Of a stretch of DNA of 64,000 bases, positions 1 to 12,955 are shown piece by piece. Numbering within the stretch: the stretch's first letter is position 1; each line of letters opens with the position of its first letter. A program made the translations under genes and the position numbers. The notes under the pieces are model-generated. The model ran no database searches and was not told the origin of the DNA. It saw only the letters and a list, made by a program, of their open reading frames with translations. This stretch comes from Phyllosticta citribraziliensis (taxonomy: Eukaryota), in NCBI RefSeq assembly GCF_038025025.1, contig NW_027117345.1, positions 62,001 through 126,000 on the forward strand. Reading direction: 5' to 3'.

Positions 1-648
1 ATGTAGTCGGATGTTTTCTTATTTCTGCGTTACCTATCTTGGCTTGCTGCGTCTGCCTTTTCATCGTCGCGGTGAAGAGGGTTCTTGACTACTGTACCTA
101 CCGTAGCTGGCCCGGCCCGCTGCTTGGGTCTTTGGAGTCACAGCACACTGATTGCCGTCTTTGATTGGCCGCGGCAGACGGCAGAGAGCGAAGCCAGCTC
201 TGCAACTTGCACTTCTTGCGCAGTCGCTGGGCTACTACATGCCTAGGTACTGCTCGTGCGGCGCCGACGGCATGGACTGCGTCAAGGGAAGTGTCTCTAT
301 GGAATGCTGAGGTGTGGCGGTGCTTCGCTGTATGTGGGTAGATAAGGTAGCACACAGCCGGAGCACCCAGCCCACACCAACCCATGCCACCTCGCCGCCA
401 TTGGCGATGCAGACAAACACAGCATGACTACAGCACCACGGTGACTCCCTCGATGGCCGCCTCGACGCTTGCAATCGCGGCATGGAGACAAGGCCGCGGG
501 CGGCAAAGCAGCTCTCGCGGCAGAAAGGACATGTGTTTCAACGGGCCAGGGCGGATTTCGCATCTGAACGGCGAGCACTCTATCTGAATGCAGGCCGACG
601 CGAGCTTGTGGCTGGCAGGCAGGCAGGCAGCGAGGCTTTCTTTGGTCG

Positions 649-652
<4 letters not shown>

Positions 653-684
<32 letters not shown>
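653..684. repeat. (GTCT)8 microsatellite
   Basis: Perfect tetranucleotide tandem repeat read directly from the sequence. Confidence 0.95.
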
Positions 685-784
685 GCGATGAGTGCTGTGG
701 TAGGTGGTAGTCGGCGCGATGATGGCGCAGTCGGGCCACAGTCGGCGCCAGTAGTGGCAGAGCACAGCACGCAGCGGCAGTGGT

Positions 785-818
785 CAGGGCAGGGCAGGGC
801 AGGGCAGGGCAGGGCAGG
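785..818. repeat. (CAGGG)6+ pentanucleotide microsatellite, potential G-quadruplex
   Basis: Six perfect CAGGG units plus CAGG; GGG runs are separated by 2-nt loops. Confidence 0.9.
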
Positions 819-1775
819 ACCGGCGATCAGAGCAAACAAACGTACGGTGGCGGCGGGCAGCCGCTAGCTAAGGTAGGTACAGAGGCGCAAGCAGGCTCGC
901 AGCGCAGCGCAGCGCAGCACAGGGCAAAACGGCGCGATGGCTTACCGTACCATGGCAGCCTTGGGCGTGCGACGGAGCGATTTGGGCGTGGAAAAGGGAG
1001 AGACAGACTGGAGTTGAAAAATGAAATGGACAGAGGCGGCGGTGACACAGACTGGAGGCGTGGAAGTCAGGGCGGGTGATGGATGGCGTGGAGAGTCGAG
1101 TCGAGTCGAGTCGATTCGGTGGACGCACTGGATGGGTTGGTCTGAGGCCGCGCGAGGAGCAGGACGAGCCGTGAGCCGTGATGCTCGTGTTGAGCCAAGG
1201 CCGAGTATTGGTGGTGATGATCTGGGGAGCGGAATGGAAATTGGACGGCGAGGGGAGGGCGAGGGGCGAGGGGACGGATGATGTGGAGAAGTGAATGAAA
1301 TGGATAACGGAACGGCGGTGGCCATGAGCAGCAGAGCAGCGAGATGTCGATGGAGTGTTCAGGTTGTGGCAGAGGGCGGGATGGGATCCTCGCGTCTGGT
1401 CTGGTCTGGTGGGTGTTGGTGGGTGTGGGCTAGGGGCTGGCTTGACGTAAGCAGTGATGGGGACCGGGACCACAACCCTGAATCCTGAATCTCAAGCGAA
1501 CATCCGCCACTGCTCTCGACCATCAACACCCAAGGAACCCAACCACCAACCCCCATCTCCCACAACCCCATTCGCCGCGCATTGTCGCCGTGCTCCCGCT
1601 GCAGCGCGCACTCGCTGCCTCGCCGCGTCGCTGACGCCGTCGCTGTTCTTTTCTGCCTCTCGACTGGACGCGTCGCGTCAACGCTGCTGTCGGCTTGGCA
1701 TTCACCTCAAGCCAGACAGCCCGCCACCTGACACACTGAACAACTCCGACTTCACTTCAATCCGCGTCGCCCACC

Positions 1776-3293
1776 ATGACCTTCCATCAAAACTCTCTGC
1801 TCACCTACTTCCATTCCAACCCACACCCTCCCCCCATGCAACCAGCTCCTGCCTCTCCGGAACTTCCGCTCCACCAGCATTCCTCGCAGCACGTCAACAT
1901 GTCTCAGAAGCCTGACGACAGACCATCCAAGCCCAGGTCGTGGTCCATCCAGAGTGCCACCACCGACGGCACCGAGGGCAGCCGCCCCATGAAATCTCAA
2001 CCGGGCAAGCGCTCAAAGCACTCGTGGGAGTACGTTGTCGTCGATCCCACCGAGGATGAGGCTCCGCCGCCCACCGCCAGCAGGCTCCAAAAGGAACTCT
2101 ACAGCTCCTTCACCAACAACTTCCTCGGCCCACGAGCCCGTCGCACCCGCGCCGGCGCCGGCCAGAGCCAGCCCTTTCACTACAAGGACGGCTCCGACTC
2201 GTCCAACTCCAACACGGCCTCGGAGAGCGCCTTTTCGTCCAACAGGTCAAACTCTGCCATTTCCCCGGCCAGCTCGCCCGCGCCCCCTTCACGCCCTGCC
2301 GGTGCAGTCTTGCGCAAGAGGAAGGATTCTGTAGCCCCAACTGCCGACGCTGCGCCTCCGCGCAAAAAGTCCAAGGGACCTGACCCCCCCAAGGCTTCCC
2401 CGCCCAAGGACGCCAATTTCATCCCCATCAGGCAGCCATTTTCAAATCCCCTCAAATCACTACCGTCCAGCCCAGAACCGCCATCTGCCAGCAATTCTCT
2501 GATGAATGGACATGACGACGCTCCTCGTCACGTTACTTCCAAACCCCAGCCAGCTGCCCGCAAGTCGGCAGTGTCCGAGGACGGCGCCACCAAGACGCCC
2601 AAGCCACTCAAAAAGACCGACACCAAGCCGTCACCAGCGCTTAGCTACAACAGCGAGCCTCCCGACAAGAGCAAGAAGGACGCTTCGCCGATGACCGTCG
2701 ACAAAGACATGCCCAAGCCTAAAAAAGCCAAGACCGGCCCCGCCGGTGCCGCAAAGCCGCAACCCAAACCGGCGTTACAACAACAACATGCGCAGAAGCG
2801 CGACTCGCTGCTCGAGGAAAACATGCCCGTCCACAACAAGCAGCCGCACCAGCGCCAGGCCCTCCAGCAGTCCAACCAGCAAAACTCGGTCACCACCACT
2901 GCCAAGCAATGGAAAAAGCAAGCGCAGTCCTACTATGCGCACTCGCCCACGCGCGCGGAGCTTGCCGAGCAGCTCGAGGAGATTACGCACCGCGGCATCG
3001 CAGGCGGGCCCTGCAACTACAACTCGTGGACCGAGTACCGCGCGGCGTGCGCCGCCGAGGCCGCCTGGCAGGAGCGCGACCAGCAAGTCGTCGAGCGCAT
3101 GCTCGACAACCCGCACGTCGTCTCTGTGCTGAAGCGCCTGCGCGAGCTCGACCACGAGATTGAGGCTGAGCGCAGCGCCACCGTGGCCGCTGCCAAGGCG
3201 GTGGGCAAGACGGTGGCCAAGGGCGGCGTCAAGGCCAAAGCAAGCGGCGGGAAGAAGAAGAGCGTCGCAGCAGCCGGCATGGGCGACCGATGA
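1776..3293 (+). CDS. Hypothetical Pro/Ser/Lys-rich, largely disordered protein with basic NLS-like patches and a C-terminal helical/coiled-coil region; true start may be a downstream ATG (about 1836 or 1899)
   Basis: 505-codon uninterrupted ORF with strong C/G third-position bias; basic patches RKRK and RKKSK; no family motif recognised. Confidence 0.7.
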   Translation: MTFHQNSLLTYFHSNPHPPPMQPAPASPELPLHQHSSQHVNMSQKPDDRPSKPRSWSIQSATTDGTEGSRPMKSQPGKRSKHSWEYVVVDPTEDEAPPPTASRLQKELYSSFTNNFLGPRARRTRAGAGQSQPFHYKDGSDSSNSNTASESAFSSNRSNSAISPASSPAPPSRPAGAVLRKRKDSVAPTADAAPPRKKSKGPDPPKASPPKDANFIPIRQPFSNPLKSLPSSPEPPSASNSLMNGHDDAPRHVTSKPQPAARKSAVSEDGATKTPKPLKKTDTKPSPALSYNSEPPDKSKKDASPMTVDKDMPKPKKAKTGPAGAAKPQPKPALQQQHAQKRDSLLEENMPVHNKQPHQRQALQQSNQQNSVTTTAKQWKKQAQSYYAHSPTRAELAEQLEEITHRGIAGGPCNYNSWTEYRAACAAEAAWQERDQQVVERMLDNPHVVSVLKRLRELDHEIEAERSATVAAAKAVGKTVAKGGVKAKASGGKKKSVAAAGMGDR

Positions 3294-6200
3294 AGAGATG
3301 GAGACGGGCATGCAGAGTTGGCTGGGTGACGGACGGAACTTGGGTAAATTGGCGGAGGAAACTCGCGGAGGAACGCGGGCTTGGTTCTGGCGGTGGGTGA
3401 TGAGACACGAACGCGTCGCCGATCGACCGACTGTCTTGCGCCGCCGCAGAGTTGGAAATGACGAAATGGCGAGCAGCGCGCAGCAGCAAGCAGACAGCAG
3501 CAGCAAGCAAGAAAGCAAGCAAGCACCTACCTATTCGCCAGCAGCTTCAATTGGAAACGGCCGAAACGTGCGACGAGACGACCAACATTCCAGCGCGGCC
3601 CCTCGTTCGCTTAGGAATCCTCTTCACATCAACACACGGCCCAAAGTGGCCGCCGCGCACCGGGAGGGCTTCACACATACATGACGGCATGAGGGGCCAA
3701 CGGGGCCCAAGCCACCATCCGTCGCTCCACCCATCCATCCATCACATCTACAAAAAGCAAAAGCGCCCGAAAAAAATAATTAGGAAAAAAAAGCACTGCG
3801 TCATCACACCAACACCATATTTCCAACACCCCTCCCTCCCTCCCTCGACCGCAGCGCGAATTCGTCTCCTGGCATGAGCGGCGCCGCGCAAGACGAACGA
3901 ACGAAGTCTGAGGTGACAGCGAGCTGCGGATGAGCGACGGAAGCAGAAGTAGTAGAAGCAAAAAAGGTGTGCAAAGTCTCACCTCGGCGATGCATCAGGC
4001 TCCCGTTCTATGCGGTATGGGGTATTTCGGCGCCCGCGATCTGTCTATCTGTGTGTGTCTGGCTAGGTGGGTGGGTGGGTAGACTTCTCTTTTCTTGCTG
4101 GCTATGCTTGCTTGCTTGCCTCTTTTTACTTTGCTTGCTGCTGCTGCTGCTGCCTCTTTTCCCTTTCCTACCTCTCTCACTGTCTCTCTATCTCTATTTC
4201 TTTCTCTTTCTTTTTCCAGGGATGAGCGTTTCGTTGCGTTTTGTTGGTGGCGAGCGAGCGGTGGAAAAGACGATATCACAGATAGGCCGGCTTGCCGCTG
4301 GCCGCTTGGCGCACACGCAGACAGCCACCCCAGTCAGTCAGTCGATTGCCGCGGCGAGGCTGCAGAGACGGAGACTGAGACAGGCAGGTCGAGCACGGCC
4401 GCAGAGGCGAAAGGGCACCCAGCGAATGGATGGACGGACAGACGCCTGCGAGTCTCCCGTCGACAGACTGCGCGGCGACGCGGCATCCTCCCTCTCTTCT
4501 TCCTGCGATTCTCCTCACCTCGCATGCGCGCCATGGGAGGCGGACGGACGGCCGGCCAGACGGACAAACGGACAAACGAACGGAAAGGCGGACGGACAGG
4601 CGGACAGATAGATTGGTGTTTTTCCTCCTTTTTACAATGGCGGATCAATTAGGGGAAAAAGGTTTATGCTGGGCTGGGCTGGGTTGGGGCTGTCAGACAA
4701 AATGTCCAGAATCTTCTTGCTTCCTTGCTTCCTCTCTTGTTTCCTTTTTGTGTTTGTATTGATACGAGCGAACAAGACGGCGAAAGAAGCGAACAAAGTT
4801 GAGGGAAGAGAATGGCTGAAACAAAGGGAGAAGAACGGGAAGGAAGCGAAGGAAAGGGAAGGGCAAGGCAGGCAAGACGAAGGGAGCGAGTAGGAAAGGT
4901 ATCTAGGATTGAGGATCTAAAGAGGGCGATGGCCTACTTACTACCCTACCGTACTCTTCCTTCTCTGGCAGCCGATTCAAGAGTGAGATTGAAATTTAAA
5001 TGGAAGTGGATCAGGGAGGCGATACAAGGGAAGGGAGCGAAGATGCATATCTACACAAGATACTTAACTGCACTTGAGGAGAAAAGAACCGCGCAGAACT
5101 TCGTAGCCAGGAGTAGTATGGAAAAGAAAAGCGCTCGATTGACGTACACAGCTGCTTGCAATTCCATGGCGCTCTTCTACGACAGCGTAATGGAGCAACC
5201 CATTAGTCTATCTGTCTCGCCGGGGGACTTGGTGCTGCCGTGTATCTTCTACTACCTACCCCTACCCCCTCTATGTAACGTTCTGCCCTACTTACCGGCC
5301 GGTACTCTCTCTTACTTCCTCCTTCTTCCCCTCTGCTTTCGTCGACAAAGATGACCAACCGCATACACTCTGCTCTGCTCTCCATACACCACACCACACC
5401 ACACCACACCACGCCGCCGCCGCCGCCGCCGTACCCGCACCTCGTGTCGCTGTAACGGCATGCGCACTGGGTGTCTGTCTGGCGTCGGACGCGTTGGGGC
5501 TTTGGAGGGAGGTAGTCTGTTGTGGTTGGTTGCTGGGTTCTTGTTATACTTGCTGTGGCGTTTGTGGCGTTTGTGACGGCTCTGTGGCGGTGCATCGTTG
5601 TGGGTGGGTGGTGAATGAGGTGGGCGTTTGGCTGCCGCTATTTTGATGTCTGCTGTGGCGCTGCACTTGGATGTAGGTGAGGTACTTATCTAGGTATGTA
5701 GGTGAGTGTGGCCGCATGCAGTGGCAGTAAGCGGCTCTTGTATACCACCGTGACGGCGAAATGGATGATGCATTGGCGACTCGTATGCGCGTCTCTTCAT
5801 CGCATGTGTGGTGATTTTGTCGTTCTCTTTGGTCGTAGCGGTTAATATTTGGATGGACATCTGCCGCCGCTCTTCTTGTCGCACTGCTGCTGCAGCAGGT
5901 CGTGATGCGCCACCATAGCAGGCAAACAACATAGACCCAGCCAAAAGCTCCTGTCTGGCGCTCGCGACGAGTCCTACGGTCAGATGGAGCGAGCACGCAA
6001 GCCCAGTCAATCAGCAAACACGCACTAGGTTCGTTCCCTTCTCACAGGTTCACTTTTGGCGAGGAAATGGACAGGCTGCTCGTGCGATTGAGGATGCTGT
6101 CTTGGGATTGCGCCAGCAGCGGCACGCGCGCACATGCGGTTTGGAGCTCGATTCGAATTCGAATTCGAACGCTCGCTGGTTGCTCGCTTGCTGTTGCGGC

Positions 6201-7478
6201 GACTCGTGGAATACGCAGTGCGTCAGTCAGTCAGTTCAGACAATTCTGTTTCTTACGTCCTTCCTTTTCTCTCTCCCACCATCTCTGTCCACTATCCACC
6301 GTCCATCGTCCACCGTCGCTCGCCACAGGGAACAAACACCCAGCAAGCCTCAACGCCAGAAAAACACCATGATCTTTGCGCGCAGAGTGAGTTGAGCGGT
6401 TGGTTAGCGACGACCCAACACACCTCGCGCTCTACGCAAATCCGTGCACCAAGAACACCACTGTGAGATGCGAAAGCCAGCCAGCTGACCAGAAGAGAGA
6501 AAAGGAGAAAGAAAGACAGCAAAGAATAAAAGAGGAGAGAAAGCTCGCCGGTTAGGTACTCAAGGTAGGTAGCCAGCGACCATCCGTATCCACATCCGCG
6601 TCCGTTGCGCCTGTCAGTCAAGAAGTCACCTTAACCACCACCACCACCCTCAGAGCCGCCTAGCCAGCCGCGCAACACTCACTCGCTTGCCCACTCGCCC
6701 TTACCGCCCGCCCGTCCGTCGGCAAACTCTAATTTTTGGGTTCCTGTGTGTCAGTGGGTGGCGACGGGACGGGACGACACGGGCGCGCGTAGCGCCGACG
6801 GGCTGATTGATTGGCCAATGGGCTGGACAGTTACGAACGAACGAACAAACGACCACTGAGCGGCTAGCGGATATCAGCTTTTCCGGGCGCCGAGTACGGT
6901 CGCTTTGCCGCGAGAGGAGGTGGTGGTGGTGGAAAAGCGACGTACCGTTACTTACCGCAGCGTGGCCGTGGATCGGATAGGGCCGCGCTGGTTTGTGCCG
7001 GGCCGTACTGGGCAAGTGGAGGCGCTTTGGAGAGCCGGCGGGGAAAATTGCGAGTTGCGCGGGTGATTGAATCAGTCGGGAAGCTTTTCTGGCTTGAATT
7101 GCTGAGAGGGGCTCGTCTACTGCGTTCGTGGCGGAGTGAGGAGTTGTTGGTCCCCTTTTCTTTCCTTCCTGTTTGGGTAGTGTTGTTGCTTCATCTTTTG
7201 CCGTCGTCATCGGGTCAATGTGCAGCGTGTTGCGGTTGCCGCAGAGTCGACTAGTCGTCAGTCTGTTGATGTCGCCGACAAGCACGTTGGTCAATGGAGC
7301 CATGGCTGGGAAAGACTTTTTGCTGTGTATACAGATATGGCTACATGATGAGGCGGTTCTTCCAGGCAACAGATTATACTGGAGCTAGCCCTCAAGATCT
7401 TTCGACGGCTGCAGATATTACCGATTAAGTGCCTGATGTGAACCGCATCATTGCATATGCACATCACATGCCCACGGC

Positions 7479-9884
7479 TCACGCAGCGTACCCAATCTTC
7501 AGCACCCAGCAGTACTCACCCTTGCCCGCCATTTCCTTGGGCCAGCTGAAGCTGATGCCGCCGTCGCCGCGGCTCCACTTGACCTCAATATCCTCGGTCA
7601 ACACGGTCACGATGTCGCCGTCGTAGATGGGCAGCGGCGCGTGAATCACAACGTCCTGTCCCGCGACCGGCTCTTCCAGGAACAAAATGTAGAACGCGTC
7701 GTTGGTCTGGGTGAAGCGGATGTGCTCGCCCTCCTCGGCCTCGATGAACCAGTACGTCGTGTTGAAGATGGCCTCGGCGTGCTTCTTGATCCACACGCCA
7801 GCGGCGCGCAGCGCCTGCGCCTCGACATCGACAATGGTGCCGTCGGCCTTGGGCCCAATGTCGAGCAAGAAGTTGCCATTCTTGCTGGTCATGTCGACCA
7901 GCTTGGCGACGACGGTCGACGCGTTCATGTAGTCCGAGTCGGGCGTGGCGCGGTTGTAGCCGTAGCTGTACGGGTCCATGCCCTGGCTGCTCTCCCACTT
8001 GCGCGTGCTGACGCTGCTGAACGTCAGGTACTCGGGCGTACCGAAGTCGCTGCCCTCGACGATGCCGCACCGGCTATTGATTGTGATTTGCCGGCCCAGC
8101 GCGTTGGCCTCGTTGAACCACTTTGACATGAAGCCCGCCGACCCGTTGGCCGCCCCGCAGTCGCACCACATGATTTCCGTCTCGTACTTGTACGCCAGGA
8201 TCTCTTGCTGCGGCACCTGTAGGTCCTCGATGTAGTCGTCGATCGGCACCCGTCCCGTGTACGGCTCCTCCTCGCCCGTGTAAGGATTCCGCGCTAAGAT
8301 GCCGGGCCAGCCGAGCGAGTCGGCGCCTTCGTGCGTTGCGAAGCCATACTTGCCAAAGTCTGGATTGTACCACTCGGGCATGGAAAAGTAGGTGCCGCGA
8401 TGGAGATGGGGCTGGTACTTTTTGGCCGCGTCAAAGACTTCTTTCAGCACGTCGCGCTTTGGGCCGTAGTTAAGCGAGTTGCGATTGGTCGTCTTTTCGG
8501 TATCAAAAATGGCAAAGCCGTCGTGGTGCTTCGAGGTCAGGACAAAGTACTGGGCGCCTGCGGCGTCGAACAGGTCGACCCATTCCTTTGGGTCAAATTT
8601 GGACGCGGTAAAGTTTTGGAAAAAGTCGTCGTACACCACGTCGGGCCCAAAGGTGCGCAGTCCATACTCCAGCGAGCCCGACTTGTCGGTGGCTGGGTGG
8701 TGCGTGTAGAACCAGTACCACTCGGCATAGACTTCGTATGGGGTGGAGTTGCCCCAGCCCGGCACGGCGTACGGGCCCCAGTGGATGAAGATGCCGTACT
8801 TTGCCTTGTTGAACCAGTCTGGAGACTCGTGAAGAGTCAGACTGGACAGGTCCTCGGTGTAATTCTTGAGGCCAAACTCGTACTCCGGGAAGGTAAAGGA
8901 TGACGTCTCGCTGGTGCTCATCACCTTGACCGTCGCCGTCACATTCGACACCGAGTCAGCGACGACGGCCACGTCGACTCTCTTTTGGTCACCCGGTGCC
9001 AGACGCTTGACTTTGGCTTCCTTCACCGTCTTGACACCGGGGGCCTCGAGCGAAATCGATACCCCAGCGCCAAGGACCCAAGCGGGACCAGCGTTGCCGA
9101 TTGTGATTTCCACTATCTGAACACTCGTGTCGCCGTCCATCCTCTTTTGCGTGGGCCGAATGTTTTGCACAACCAAGCCAGAAACAATGTTGAGCGACAT
9201 GGCAAAGACGTGGATGCGGCCGTCGGTGGTATTGGTGGTCGAGGGGAGTTCGACGGCGGTCAGCGTCTTGGCGGGATTGACGGCTTTGGTCACCTCGAAG
9301 ATGTGCGTCGTGTTGTAGTCCGACTTGTTTTGCATGAAGCGCGTGGGGAAGATCAAGTCGCCCTTGTACATGGTCAGAAACGCCCACCAGGGCTCCGCTC
9401 GGATCTCAGTCTCCAGCGTCGTGTTGTCAGCAAAGCGAAAGGTGACATTGTTGGCGAGAATGGTTTCCCTCGAATCACTGGCGACGAGGAATTGGACGCT
9501 AAAGTACTGGTCCGGGGGGACGGGAATCAATTGGCCTTCGCACACAATGTTGTCATATATGGTGAGGTTTGACGCCGGAAAGTTGTAGTCCGTTCCTGTC
9601 TGAGGCGAAGAAAAGGTGCCGGTATATCCAGCAAGGTCGGCGACATTGTACGATTCAAAAGCGCCGTTGAAGTTGGCATCACCGGGGAAGGCTCCAAAGG
9701 CGCGGTTGTTTAGGTATTTGGTGAGTGGCACGCGAACGACCTTGCGAGTTTCAACCAAGATTCTGGCATCAATCGGAGCTCAGCTTACAGTGTCTTTCCC
9801 TCCTGGAGTCGAAGTAGTTGTTAGCGTAGCTGCGGACAAGACCGCGCTAGTCCAAAGGTAGAGATTATACAGCCGCAAATACAT
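7479..9884 (-). CDS. Secreted alpha-L-fucosidase, GH29 (about 785 aa; exons 9884-9789 and 9740-7479)
   Basis: GH29 motifs WFNKAKYGIFIHWGPYAVPG, AEWYW, FDPKEWVDLF..AGAQYFVLTSKHHDGF, IMWCD (nucleophile) and SKNGNFLLDIGP. Signal-peptide-like exon 1 (MYLRLYNLYLWTSAVLSAA). A 48-nt GTAAGC...AAG intron joins it in frame and contains a stop. Confidence 0.93.
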
Positions 9885-11956
9885 GGCGCAGCAAGCGACC
9901 AGGAATATCTTGATCACCCCCATCTCGACGACTGATGCTACTCGTCTTTTACACTGACCAGACTCCCACTCTTCGAATCAACGTTCGACCGAATGTAACG
10001 CGAGGTGGCTACGTCGATAAGGGAGATGTCGGCGCAGCGAGAGGCGAGCCGTGTGCCGCAGCGGGGGACGCAACGATGCGACCCCCGCGGTGCGTGAGGT
10101 GCGCCCAAGTAGCTGACGTCGTGGGCATTGGCCGTCGTGTTTAACGGCGGCAAAAGAGCTCGTGATGTGAGTTTTGACAGCGCTGCGGGGAGAGAGGAGC
10201 ATATAGGCGCAGCCCCTCACGGCGCGCAGTGGCTGGCGAGCAAAATAAGGGCGAGAGGAGTAGGAGGCATTAGACTCCACCAGGATGCTACATGCGTTGC
10301 TGATCGATGCTGTTGAGGAGAGAGGTGGGATGAGGTAGTGACAAGCGGAGAGATTGAGCTCGGCACAGGGACCGCTTTACACTGTAAGATTGGCCTGCCT
10401 CAGCCATTTGTAGGTACCGCTCCAGGGTCGCCCGGATCGTTATCAACAGGCACTGAAGAGTTACTCATGTCGCCGTGGTCAGGATGAGGCGCGTGCAACA
10501 GAAAGCCTTGCAACGGCAGCCGTTTGCGAACCGACTCTTTGGTCTTGCTCTTCTTCAAACTCTGGACAGCAGCAGCGGCGCGGTGTTTTTCTGGTTTGCC
10601 GACAAGATATCCGCGCGGTAGGGATGGTGATTGACTTTGCTGGACGGGAGAGGTCAAAGTATGATAGCTGTAGCGTTGCCGAGTTTTTTACCGCCATGTT
10701 ACTCATGCATTGGATTACAATACAGCCATGTTCCGGTTGGGCTAGCGTGGGCAGGTGAGGTGGATGCCTGGGTGCCTGGCGGAGCGTCGGAACCGGAGCG
10801 GAAGTCCCGTCGCAGGCGCTAAGCGAGCGGTCTGCCTCGCCAGCTCCGCTGCTCTTCTTCTTCTTTCGTCCCACTCCACCTGCACTGCCATCCGTTTCAA
10901 GGCGCCTCGTCCACATCACCAGTTCTCGCCAGTCTCCCCTGATGCTGCCCGCTGCCAGTGGCATGGCAGGGTCATTGTTTTTCCCCTGGGCCTGAGGTGA
11001 CGCCCAGAGCTCGGTTGCATCGTCACCTCAGGCACCGTTTGGCCCTGCATGGCTGGCAATGACTTCAGCGCTCCACCACGAAATTTGGCCGACGCCTCTG
11101 TGAAAATCTAGCATCAATCCATCGGCCTGCAAAAGACTCGAGCAGACGCCCTTCTCCCCGCCGAATCTCGCCGCCAACTCGTGAATCTGGAGCGCCTGTT
11201 GTGGAAAGATCACTCGCGTCTCTTTGCGCGTTTCCCCCCACAGAGCAATGTGGATCTTGTCCAGTCCGTCTCTTTCATCCGTGCATCGTCTCGACTCCAT
11301 TTGGACTTCGGCTACGGCAAGGCCATCGAAAATCTCTCGCCAAAGGCTTGGCGGGGAGGTTGATGTCGCCGCCATGCGGTCTTTCTAGACCCCGAAAAGA
11401 TAGCCGCCGCGTAGGATCCGCGCCTGCACCTGTTTCGTGCTGATGAGGGCCAAGAGAGTGCCAAGCGCCCCGAAAATGCTTCAGCGCTGGCAAGCCGCTG
11501 CCAAGAACGGCGGAGGGGACCAATTGCTGTCATACTCCCGCCCTGACTTCTACCAGAGACCAGTCAGCGTGCGTAGCACTGTGGTTCTTCCACCTACCGC
11601 GAGCCTCGAACGATTCAGCGTTCTGCCCAACTCGGAAAATCAGCCACCGCGCTCAGAGTACCGCTCGTGTACTGCTCTTTCCACTTGTTTGATCCTTTGC
11701 CATGTTTCATTATGTCCCCATCACGTTGCACGACGTCGTATGGAGAAGCAGTGACCATTCTTGGTTGTAGGCTCGCTAAAGGATGGAGTTGGGAAGTGTT
11801 TAAGTAGAGCCGCATCTTGCAGAGGAAGTTGATTCTCCAGGCCTTCCTCAATCAATCACTCTCTACAATCGTCACTCTCTTGCTGTGCAAGACTGTCTCT
11901 CAAAGCCCACAATCTTTGAACAATTCGTCAATTGTCCACTCCTTTCCAAGACCAAG

Positions 11957-12955
11957 ATGCAGTACTCCATCCGCTCCCTCGCCGTGGCTGTTGCCGTCAT
12001 GGCTGCTGGCTCTGAGGCCTTCATGGTCCCTCGTGAGGCTGCTCCCACGCTCCTCGCCCGCACTCCTACCACCCCTACTCCCACTCCCGCCGTCACCGGC
12101 GCTGCTAGCGCTGCCGCTGGCTTCCCTGCCTCCTCGGGCACCAGCCAGCTCGATGCTCCCATGACCGTCACTGGCAACTTTGACGGTGGCATGAAGGCTT
12201 TCGGCCGTGGCGTCTCCTGCTCTGGCCAGTCCGAGGGTGGTGACAGCGACGCCGTCTTCGACGTTCAGGACGGTGCCACCCTCCAGAACGTCATCATTGC
12301 TGCCGACCAGACCGAGGGTGTCCACTGCCAGGGTAAGCTCTCCAATCCCAATGTGCAAGGCTTGATCTAACTATTCCCCAGGCGCTTGCACTATCAAGAA
12401 CGTCTGGTGGGTTGCCGTCTGCGAGGACGCTCTCTCCATCAAGAAGCTGGATGCCGGCAGCACCGCCTATGTCATTGGCGGTGGCGCCAAGGGCGCTTCG
12501 GACAAGGGTGAGTACAGCCAAAGGACCGACGAAAGGTGTCGAGCAATCAAACTGACTCTTGCTTCTAGTCATTCAGCACAACGGCGCCGGCACCGTCAGC
12601 ATCTCGGGCTTCCTCGCCGAGGACTTTGGCAAGCTGTACCGCAGCTGCGGCAACTGCGACACCATGTACGAGCGTCACGTCATCATCGACGGCGTGACCG
12701 CCACCAGCGGTGACATTCTTGCTGGCATCAACCCCAACTACGGTGACAGTGAGTACCAGGCGGCCTTCGTGACACTGGACTATCGTGTTGACTCTCTCGA
12801 TAGCTGCTACCATCACCAACACCTGCGCCAAGCAGGTCGAGACCATCTGCGAGGAGTTCCAGGGCACCGACGACAACAGCGCGGAGCCGTCTTCCAGCGG
12901 CTCGGGCCCCAGCACCGCGTGCAAGTACGCCCAGGCCGACGTCGCCGCCTGCTAA
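11957..12955 (+). CDS. Secreted pectate lyase, PL3 family (277 aa; exons 11957-12332, 12382-12507, 12569-12748, 12804-12955)
   Basis: Signal peptide; PL3 motifs [53 protein letters not shown] and [11 protein letters not shown]. Three canonical GT-AG introns give an 834-nt in-frame CDS. Confidence 0.95.
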
